A DNA stretch of 64,000 bases, taken from NCBI GenBank assembly GCA_017453685.1, contig JAFTEL010000125.1:5025-69024 (forward strand), read 5' to 3'. Each line of letters starts with the position of its first letter. The stretch's first letter is position 1. A program made the position numbers and the translations under genes. The DNA comes from Clostridia bacterium. Its GTDB lineage: Bacteria; Bacillota; Clostridia; Oscillospirales; Acutalibacteraceae. The notes under the pieces were generated by a model. It was given only the letters and a program-made list of their open reading frames with translations. It was not told the origin of the DNA and searched no databases. Positions 1 to 7,400 of the stretch are shown here, piece by piece.

Positions 1-1007
1 ACCCCAACGCCGATAATCGGGAACAGGGCGATAAACATCCTGCCCACGATCACAAAGCTCCAGTCGTGTTTGCTTTCAAGCGCGCCGTTCGGCGCCAGCT
101 CCTCGCCGGCATAATCCGAAGTATAGCGGCACAGCCACGAAACCACGCCGTCGGGGCTTGTGAGCTCGATCTCCCTGCCGGTCGCGTCGGTCGTGACGGC
201 GTTGGGATAGGCGCCGCCGTCATAGGTGAACAGATCGTTGGCGAGCGCGAACCAGACGTGATGGTTGCTGGAGGTGTTCTTCCCGTCCGGATATTTCACG
301 CGATCGAACAGCGTGAGCCTGCAATCCTCGGGCACGTTGGTCTTTTCACAGAGTTTGTTCCAGAAGCCTCTGGAATAGGTGTAATAACCCGCCAGAAGAT
401 CGAAACGGCTGACGATCAGCCACACCGGCAGATCGGCAAGCGCGTCGACCTGCTCGTCTGACGGCGCATACGCCGGACAGAGCGGGAAGGCAGCGGCAAA
501 AAACGAGGGATAGCTCGACGCCATTTTCAGCGTCATCTTTCCGCCCATCGAAAAGCCGCCGACGTAGATCCGTGTCAGGTCGATCTCCGACTCGTGCTCG
601 GCGATAAAGGCGTCGATCATCGCCTTGGCACATGCCACGTATTTGTCGCTCCAGCACTCGCCTTTTTCCTCGTGACTTCTGGGCATGAGCAGAAACGCAC
701 CGCCGCCGAAACGCTGCTGGATCTCATCGCTTGCCCAGAGTGCAAAGTTATTGTCCTCGATCTGCGAGCGGGGCTTGCGCCCCTGCCCTGCCCCGTGGAA
801 ATAGATCACGAGCGGCAGCTTTTCACCCGCCGTGTTCTCGGGAGCGAACCAGACATAATCGATCGTCAGCCCGTTGACCTCGGGACTCGAGCCGTCCAGA
901 AACTTTTCCTTCAGTTCCGGCAGCTCGTTCGGATCGGCGGCAAAGCCCGTCATGCAGACGCTCATCAGCATCAGCACACTGAGCAGAACGCATAAACCTT
1001 TTTTCAT
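1..1007 (-). CDS. Secreted alpha/beta-hydrolase (esterase); C-terminal end cut by window edge
   Basis: Absent from the ORF track because it runs off the window. My translation from the ATG at 1007-1005 gives MKKGLCVLLSVLMLMSVCMTGFAADPNE..., a signal peptide. It is followed by 'LVIYFHGAGQG' and the nucleophile elbow 'GGFSMGG'. The frame stays open to base 1. Confidence 0.7.
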   Translation of the reverse strand, partial: MKKGLCVLLSVLMLMSVCMTGFAADPNELPELKEKFLDGSSPEVNGLTIDYVWFAPENTAGEKLPLVIYFHGAGQGRKPRSQIEDNNFALWASDEIQQRFGGGAFLLMPRSHEEKGECWSDKYVACAKAMIDAFIAEHESEIDLTRIYVGGFSMGGKMTLKMASSYPSFFAAAFPLCPAYAPSDEQVDALADLPVWLIVSRFDLLAGYYTYSRGFWNKLCEKTNVPEDCRLTLFDRVKYPDGKNTSSNHHVWFALANDLFTYDGGAYPNAVTTDATGREIELTSPDGVVSWLCRYTSDYAGEELAPNGALESKHDWSFVIVGRMFIALFPIIGVG

Positions 1008-1032
1008 CTTCCTGTTCCTTTCGCCCACGATC

Positions 1033-2610
1033 TTATTCAGACAGCGCGTTTTCTTCTTCGAGCGCGACGTTTTCCGCGTGACGTTCCGCGCGCATCTGTT
1101 CGAGTTCCAGATACATCTGCGCTTTCGTTTCACCCTCAATGTTATACAGCGTTTTGAGGATAATGGCTTTGAACAGATTGGCAAACGCATAACCGAACAG
1201 CAGGAACGCAAGCAGCCACAGGCAGGTTCTCAGATAAGTGGGCTGCGCCTGCATCGTCTTGACCAGATCGCCTTCGGCGGAAGACTGATAGCCGACCCAG
1301 GCGATCAGGAACGGGATGGCAAGCTCTTTGAGGTAGTTGATGCCCGTATTGATCCAGCCGGGCACGATGCCCTGGATCGCTTCCATACGGTCGCCCGTCT
1401 GCCATTCCAGATAGTCGTAATACTCGACTTCAAAGTGAGACTTGGAAAGCTCCTGAATACCGATACCGACGCCGAACAGGAAATAGAACGCATAGAAGAA
1501 CACGCTGTTCCACCCTGAGAAGAACATCAGCCCCATTTTCGCCTCGACGAAGCAGATGAGGAACAGAACGCCGGCGGAGATCATGGAATACGGGCCGCAG
1601 AATTTGAGAAGCTTGGTCGGTTCGTGCTTTTTGGAAAGCTTCGCGGTCAGCACGTTGCCCACAACGGTGCCCGCGGCGGTGGGGATCGTCAGCAGCAGGT
1701 TCTTGGAGGAACCGACGGTAATGGCGGCAAGGAACGTGCTGAACTTGCCGAGTGCCGCCAGGTTGTTGACCCACACCATATACTGAAAAGCGCGGTAGTT
1801 TCTGTATTTGAAGAGTGAAAACAGCGCTTTGGAAACCTTGACTTTTTCTTTCTTGGGAAGTTCGATGCGCTCCTTGCAGAACAGGCCGCACATCAGATTG
1901 CCGAACGCCGTCACGGTCGCGGCAACGATCGCAAGAGTCATATACATCTTATTCTTGTCGTCGCTGAACAAACCGTAAACAAAGGTGCCGAGATAAGCGC
2001 CGCCGTAACCGATATAGTACGAAAGCTGCCAGATGGTCGCAACGGTCTTCTTTTCCTTCGGATTGGGCGAGATCACCTGAGCCACGTTCTGACCGACGTT
2101 ATTGAACGCGTTGAAGATCGTCTGGCTCAGCGCGATACCGTAACGGAAGAGGATCATCTTCCGCAAAGCTTCCGCCGCCTCGACCTCATTGCCGGAAACA
2201 ACGGCGGCCGACCAGCCCCTGGGCACGTAGAAAAACAGCACTGTCAGCGTAAAGATCGGGACAAGGCAAATGATGTACCATTGGCGGTATCTGCCCCAGC
2301 GGCTCTTCCATTTCTGAACAACGATGCCGACTAACAGACCGATGAGAATACCGGCGATCGTTGTGATGGTCGTCTGCACAGCCAGAATCTTCGCGATCTG
2401 TGCGGATTCCACGCCGACGGGACCGAAATAGAGCTCATGCAAAAAGGCGGCGGCGAGCGTACCCGTGAGCGTGGTGCCGAACATGCCGCCGATGCGCGCA
2501 AGGCTCAGGCAGACGTACTCAAACGTCGTCACGTTTTTTCCGACGTCGGACGGCAGCGCGTTGTCGGGTTTGCGCAGCGCGTTGGTTTTGCTCTTGTCTT
2601 TCATACTCAT
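1033..2610 (-). CDS. GPH/MFS-type glycoside:cation symporter-like transporter
   Basis: 525-aa polytopic ORF. Carries the GPH-like motifs 'KWKSRWGRYRQW' and central-loop 'DYLEWQTGDRMEA'. Overlapping ORFs are GC-rich shadows. Confidence 0.8.
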   Translation of the reverse strand: MSMKDKSKTNALRKPDNALPSDVGKNVTTFEYVCLSLARIGGMFGTTLTGTLAAAFLHELYFGPVGVESAQIAKILAVQTTITTIAGILIGLLVGIVVQKWKSRWGRYRQWYIICLVPIFTLTVLFFYVPRGWSAAVVSGNEVEAAEALRKMILFRYGIALSQTIFNAFNNVGQNVAQVISPNPKEKKTVATIWQLSYYIGYGGAYLGTFVYGLFSDDKNKMYMTLAIVAATVTAFGNLMCGLFCKERIELPKKEKVKVSKALFSLFKYRNYRAFQYMVWVNNLAALGKFSTFLAAITVGSSKNLLLTIPTAAGTVVGNVLTAKLSKKHEPTKLLKFCGPYSMISAGVLFLICFVEAKMGLMFFSGWNSVFFYAFYFLFGVGIGIQELSKSHFEVEYYDYLEWQTGDRMEAIQGIVPGWINTGINYLKELAIPFLIAWVGYQSSAEGDLVKTMQAQPTYLRTCLWLLAFLLFGYAFANLFKAIILKTLYNIEGETKAQMYLELEQMRAERHAENVALEEENALSE

Positions 2611-2771
2611 AACCCCTTATCGAACAGATTTGCCGAGGAAAAAACGAATCCGAAAACCGAAGCTTGTCAACTCACACATCTTTTTCATGCGAAAACAGCA
2701 TCAAGACAAATCGGTATTCAGCTTTGATAGTGCAATATTATCATATTTTTTTCTCGATTTCAACAATCTAT

Positions 2772-2792
2772 TGTAAACCTTTACAAGGTTTA
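2772..2792. promoter_or_regulatory. Candidate operator: two overlapping palindromes (LacI/CcpA cre-like)
   Basis: TGTAAACCTTTACA (2772-2785) is a perfect 6+6 palindrome resembling cre/LacI-type operators, with centre CC rather than CG. It overlaps TAAACCTT-tac-AAGGTTTA (2774-2792). It sits in the divergent intergenic region. Confidence 0.3.
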
Positions 2793-2810
2793 TTTATCGC
2801 GGTTCTTTTA

Positions 2811-2840
2811 TTGACAACGAAGAATAATCTGTGGTAAAAT
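2811..2840 (+). promoter_or_regulatory. Sigma-70-type promoter for the 2869 gene
   Basis: TTGACA (2811-2816), 18-nt spacer, extended -10 TGgTAAAAT (-10 at 2835-2840). GGAGG precedes the ATG at 2869. Confidence 0.45.
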
Positions 2841-2868
2841 GTTAACAAATCATTAACGGAGGAAGAAC

Positions 2869-3783
2869 ATGAAACCTGCCAGAACCACTTATTTCGGGAT
2901 TCAGCGAAAGATCGTCGCCAATATGACGAGTGAAAGCTGGTTTGCCGTTCCTCACGCCGGCCCGGTCGCCGAGTTTGACGTGACCGATCTGCTTGACGCT
3001 TTTGAAAAGCTCCGCTCTTCCGGAAAACTGCAATATAAGCTGAGCATCAACACGCTGATGCTCAAGATCATCGCTGAAGGGCTCAAGGCCGCTCCCTCAC
3101 TCAACGCTCATATCACCTATGACCGTCGCTTTGTAAAAGGCAAGGTCGAGCAGTTCGACGAGATCCATTTTTCCATTCCCATGGCGCTGCCGAACGGCGA
3201 AATGATGACCATCAATTTCCACAACTTTGAAAACAAGAGCCTGGACGAAATGTCGGCTTATATTGACGACGTGCGCAGAAGGCTTGAAAAGACCAACCTG
3301 ACCGAAGCCATGTTCGAGGTCTCGATGGATAACACGATCACCGCGCTCAAGCACCTGAAGTTCGGCACCGTGCTCGGCAGACTGGCCGGCGCGAAGCTGG
3401 GCAAGAACAAGATCAAGACCCTTTCCGGCAAGGAAAAGCGCGATTATCAGGCGATCCCGGAAACAGACCGCATCACCAAGCACGATATTGAACAGGGCAC
3501 CATCACCGTGAGCAATCTCGGCGCGGTAGACAGAGGCAGAGTCGGTCACTGCTCGCTGCTCGAGATCATTCCGCCGCAGGTCGCCGTGATCGCGCTGTAC
3601 GCGGTCACCGAACGTCCGTGGGTCATCACCAACGAAAACGGTGAAAAAGAGATCGCGATCCGCAAGATCCTGCCTGTCACCGTCATGTTTGACCACAGAG
3701 CCTGCGAGTATTCCGACACGCTGCCGCTGCTGAACAAAATCCAGGACGTCTGCTCCCATCCGGAACAGATCATGAATTGGTAA
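2869..3783 (+). CDS. Stand-alone 2-oxoacid dehydrogenase E2-type acyltransferase catalytic domain protein (no lipoyl or E1/E3-binding domains)
   Basis: 304 aa. Has 'ITVSNLG' and the catalytic-His motif 'FDHRACEY' (canonical DHRxxDG), and a CAT-like fold signature 'SINTLMLKIIAEGLK'. GGAGG RBS present. Confidence 0.75.
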   Translation: MKPARTTYFGIQRKIVANMTSESWFAVPHAGPVAEFDVTDLLDAFEKLRSSGKLQYKLSINTLMLKIIAEGLKAAPSLNAHITYDRRFVKGKVEQFDEIHFSIPMALPNGEMMTINFHNFENKSLDEMSAYIDDVRRRLEKTNLTEAMFEVSMDNTITALKHLKFGTVLGRLAGAKLGKNKIKTLSGKEKRDYQAIPETDRITKHDIEQGTITVSNLGAVDRGRVGHCSLLEIIPPQVAVIALYAVTERPWVITNENGEKEIAIRKILPVTVMFDHRACEYSDTLPLLNKIQDVCSHPEQIMNW

Positions 3784-3907
3784 AACAAAATGATTCAGGG
3801 GCAAAGCCGCCGCGCTTCGCCCCTGTGTTTTTTCTATCAGCATAATATCATCAAAAGCCGCCGGTACCATAAAGGGAACCGACGGCTTTTTTAGATTCTA
3901 TCGTATA

Positions 3908-4729
3908 TCAGCAAGCGCTGAACTCATGGGTGATCCGCGTGTCGACGTACAGAATCTCGGCGGCCTTTTCCAGCTCGTTCGGGCAGAACATAAACTGATC
4001 GATCCGCGCCAGCACGTCGGGTTCCAGCCGATCCGTCTGATCGACCAGATCGACCATGACGCCGAGTGAGAGGAAATCTCTGCCGTAGAGGAACAGGCAC
4101 TGCAGGTCGGAATTGCCCTGCTCAAAGATGTAGCCGTTCAAATCGGAGCCGTCGGTCGGGCCGAGCTCGGTGACTGCGGCACGGCGGTAAAGGGTTTTGA
4201 CCATTTTAAACAGCTTGGCAAACGGCTGCACCTTGCCCGCGATGAGTTCAATGGGCTTGGTCATTTGCATCACGGTGTTGCCCAGACGGGACATCCAGTA
4301 GTGCATCTGCAGTTCCCGCGCCGCGCCCTCCGGCGAACGGCCGACCATATCCCTGCCGTAAGCATTGCGGTAAAGATCAAGGCCAAACTGCGCGAGTACG
4401 TCCCAAAGCTCCTGCCGATAGACGTGATCTACGCCTAACTGCGTGTTGTCAAAGGAATAACAGAATTCGCTCAGGTGCGCCGTGATCGGGACGGGAACAG
4501 AGTCGAAGACAAACGTGATGTTGTATCGGTCGCCCTCTTCCTCTTCCACATCTTCCTCCCCTTTCGGGCTCAGCACAGCGGCAGCGGAGCAGATAAACTG
4601 CCTGCCGTTGAAGGAATACGCGATCTCTTCCTCAAACACGACGTCCGCCGCAGCGCCGATCAGAATAGCAGAAGCGGCGACGGAAAGCGCAAGCACGACG
4701 GCGATCAGCCGAACAGCGATTCGTTTCAT
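3908..4729 (-). CDS. Hypothetical secreted protein
   Basis: Start trimmed to the ATG at 4729, preceded by GGAGG with an 8-nt spacer. The signal peptide is MKRIAVRLIAVVLALSVAASAILIGAAA. An acidic stretch 'EEDVEEEEGD' follows. I recognise no family. Confidence 0.6.
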   Translation of the reverse strand: MKRIAVRLIAVVLALSVAASAILIGAAADVVFEEEIAYSFNGRQFICSAAAVLSPKGEEDVEEEEGDRYNITFVFDSVPVPITAHLSEFCYSFDNTQLGVDHVYRQELWDVLAQFGLDLYRNAYGRDMVGRSPEGAARELQMHYWMSRLGNTVMQMTKPIELIAGKVQPFAKLFKMVKTLYRRAAVTELGPTDGSDLNGYIFEQGNSDLQCLFLYGRDFLSLGVMVDLVDQTDRLEPDVLARIDQFMFCPNELEKAAEILYVDTRITHEFSAC

Positions 4730-4891
4730 GATAGGAACCTCCAAAACCTCACCTCACGCGATAACAGAGAAAATGGTAACAGGATTTTCCGCTTCTGTCA
4801 AGCGTTTTGAAAGATTTGATCGGCGCTTGACGATGGGGCGCTGTTTGTGTTACAGTGTTCGCAAAGAAACGATCAGCAAGGAGAAAAAACA

Positions 4892-6412
4892 ATGGACAAG
4901 ACCATGAAGATCGGCTTCAACACCTTTGACGGCGACGTTCTGGAGGCGCGCCCGTCGTTCACGCTGCCCGCCGAGAGCGGAAAGGGCGTGGACTTTGTGC
5001 TGTGTCACTTCGACCCGCAGCGGTTTCCGCTGGCACAAGCGACCAAAGCGGCCGAACAAGCAGCGGCGATCCTCAAAGAAAAAGGCATCGATTTCATCGC
5101 CAACTTTGAGTTTCAGAACTTTGACCGCGTCAGCAATTACGGCGATTACGACTGGGCGAACCGCCCCGACGGCACGCATCGGCTGAACCTGCCGAAGGAA
5201 TACGTGCAGGCGCTCGCGTCCGCCGGCAACCTGATCGGCGTGATGCACGATGAATTTGAACACGCGATCATCAATCGGAACCTGTCCATCATCCTCGCTA
5301 CCAAGGGCAAAACCAAGCTCTCGGTCTTCCCGCTGAGCGAAAGCAGCGACCCGAAGGCGCAGGCCGATCTGCTCGACCGACAGCTCAAGGAGTACGCCGA
5401 CGACGTCAAAGCCAAGGGCGCGAAGCTCTTCACAGGCGAACACGTTTTCCCCGTGTTTTATCACAAATTCGCCCGCAGCGGCATCATCCCCAACTTCAAA
5501 TCGCAAAAGGAATGTTGGTCGAACCTGCAATTCGCCACGGCCGCCGGCGCAGCGCTGCAATACGGCACGCCGCTGTTCAACTGCGTCGACCTGTGGTTCA
5601 TAAACACGAACCCCGGGCACAGCCCCAACGAAATGTATCACAACCTCGTTTTCGCCTATTATGCAGGCGTCGACCGCGTTTACGTCGAAAGCGCGCACTG
5701 CTTCACCGACGACGAGCCCGCAACGCTCAACGCCTACGGCGAAAAATTCGCGCAGTTTTCCGCAGAATACCGCGGTAAACAGCGCGATTATGATATCGCC
5801 GACTACCGCCCTGAGATCGGCATTATCCGCTTTGACGACAGTTTTTGGGGGCAGGGCGACCCGGTCATGTGGCGCTATATGCTCTTCGGCAATCCGGAGA
5901 TCAAACCGACGAAAGAATCCAAAGAATGGATCAGGGCGTTCCGCCTCATCACCCACGGCGAAAGCGGACGAAACACCTTCTGTTGGGACAAGGTCGCGCC
6001 CTCCATGCTGAAAAAGCACCGCTCCTTCGCCACGATGAATTCCGCGGCAGTCTTTGACGAAAACGCCGACAAATCAAGCCTTTCGTCGCTTAAGCTCTGC
6101 TTCCTGTGCGGCAGCTATATCAGCGAAGAAACGCTGAAAGCCGTCGCCGAACTGGTGCGCGAAAACGGGCTGACCGTTGTCGCGCCCGCGCGGTTTGCCC
6201 CCTCCCCCGCCGAAAAAAAGGCGTTTCGCGTCATCCCCGACGGCAAGGGCAAGTGGATCGTCTGCAACAATCTCGCGGACGGCAGGCTGCAAAAAGAAAT
6301 CGCCCCGTTCCTCGGGAACAAGGGCGAGATCAGACTCACCTTCGCAGGGGATAAAGAGATCAGACTGAAAATCAGCGAAGACGGTGAAGCGTTCACTGTC
6401 ATGCAGGGATAA
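4892..6412 (+). CDS. Uncharacterised cytoplasmic protein (possible TIM-barrel glycosidase-like enzyme)
   Basis: Start trimmed to the ATG at 4892, preceded by AAGGAG with an 8-nt spacer. 506 aa with no signal peptide. Acidic motifs 'MHDEFEH' and 'VYVESAH' are spaced as in beta4/beta7 catalytic Glu of clan GH-A enzymes. This is inference only. Confidence 0.6.
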   Translation: MDKTMKIGFNTFDGDVLEARPSFTLPAESGKGVDFVLCHFDPQRFPLAQATKAAEQAAAILKEKGIDFIANFEFQNFDRVSNYGDYDWANRPDGTHRLNLPKEYVQALASAGNLIGVMHDEFEHAIINRNLSIILATKGKTKLSVFPLSESSDPKAQADLLDRQLKEYADDVKAKGAKLFTGEHVFPVFYHKFARSGIIPNFKSQKECWSNLQFATAAGAALQYGTPLFNCVDLWFINTNPGHSPNEMYHNLVFAYYAGVDRVYVESAHCFTDDEPATLNAYGEKFAQFSAEYRGKQRDYDIADYRPEIGIIRFDDSFWGQGDPVMWRYMLFGNPEIKPTKESKEWIRAFRLITHGESGRNTFCWDKVAPSMLKKHRSFATMNSAAVFDENADKSSLSSLKLCFLCGSYISEETLKAVAELVRENGLTVVAPARFAPSPAEKKAFRVIPDGKGKWIVCNNLADGRLQKEIAPFLGNKGEIRLTFAGDKEIRLKISEDGEAFTVMQG

Positions 6413-6474
6413 AGATTCGCGTTTTCTCTGTCATTTCAGCGTACAAAGAAACTCTGTTCTAATTCAAAAAGCAA

Positions 6475-6521
6475 CGGCATCATTCGGTGATTTCTGCTTT
6501 GCAGGACCGTAAATGATGCCG
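6475..6521. terminator. Bidirectional hairpin terminator between convergent genes
   Basis: CGGCATCATT (6475-6484) pairs with AATGATGCCG (6512-6521), and an inner CGGT/ACCG extends the stem. T-rich runs lie on both sides. Confidence 0.5.
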
Positions 6522-6527
6522 ATTTTA

Positions 6528-7400
6528 TTATTTTCTTTTCTGTGTCTTATCTCTCAGCCAAAAAGCAGCTTTTCTGCCGAAAGCCTGAATCGGATATAAA
6601 ACGCTCAGCGCCGGTGAATCCTTTTTCACCGTCCAATCCGTCAGTTTTGCTTTTCCGGCAGTCACTCCGCCCTTCCACCGGATAGGAACCATCGCCGGCG
6701 TACAATAGGCGCAGAATCTATGAGTATGCGAAAAGCTATCGAGGATCTCGTCTGCAGTAATATCGGAATAAATGTCAAAGCAATCATCCTCGGGATAATC
6801 CGCACCGAACGCCGCGTTCAGCCTGTGCGCACAATAGGCATAGGAACACGGAGCAATTTTTCCGTGGCCGAGCATATGGCAATGGGAAAAGAGGCAGTTC
6901 TTGAAGGATTTCTCGCCCGTTTCCATCGGTCGATCGAGCATTGTTTTAAAGAAAAAGTTGATCGGCGGGCTGAAACGGTATCCGAGCCCGACTTTCTGAA
7001 GCTTCTTTACAATTTCCGCTTTGTGCTTTCTCGTCGGCGGATAGTTTGAAATATCAAGAAAAGCATTGCTGTTCTTCAGCGCAAGAAGCGTCTCATCGCT
7101 GATCTTCGGGATCAGCAGACCGTTGGTCACGATCCTCAGATCCGTTTCGGGAAAAAACTGTCTGGCAAATTCAGCATATGCAGCGATATCGGGATTCAGA
7201 AACGGTTCGCCGCCCATAAGCCGAAGCTTTTGGATATTGGAAAAAAGCTCAGACATTCTTGACAGATCGTTTTTGTATTCGTCAAGCGCGTAGAATTGCT
7301 TTACTCTCGTAAGGTTGCAGCCATCACTGCACGAGCGGCAATTCAGATTGCAGGATTCGCAGATCTCGATTTCCAGATAATCCAGTTCTTTTTTCATCAC
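6528..7400 (-). CDS. Radical SAM enzyme with C-terminal Cys-rich auxiliary-cluster-like region
   Basis: CX3CX2C motif 'CNLNCRSC' near the N-terminus and a SAM-binding-like 'LMGGEPF'. The C-terminal cysteines run 'CLFSHCHMLGHGKIAPCSYAYC...FCAYC'. The ATG at 7397 overlaps the upstream stop (TGATG); the GTG at 7400 is an alternative start. Confidence 0.8.
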   Translation of the reverse strand: MMKKELDYLEIEICESCNLNCRSCSDGCNLTRVKQFYALDEYKNDLSRMSELFSNIQKLRLMGGEPFLNPDIAAYAEFARQFFPETDLRIVTNGLLIPKISDETLLALKNSNAFLDISNYPPTRKHKAEIVKKLQKVGLGYRFSPPINFFFKTMLDRPMETGEKSFKNCLFSHCHMLGHGKIAPCSYAYCAHRLNAAFGADYPEDDCFDIYSDITADEILDSFSHTHRFCAYCTPAMVPIRWKGGVTAGKAKLTDWTVKKDSPALSVLYPIQAFGRKAAFWLRDKTQKRK

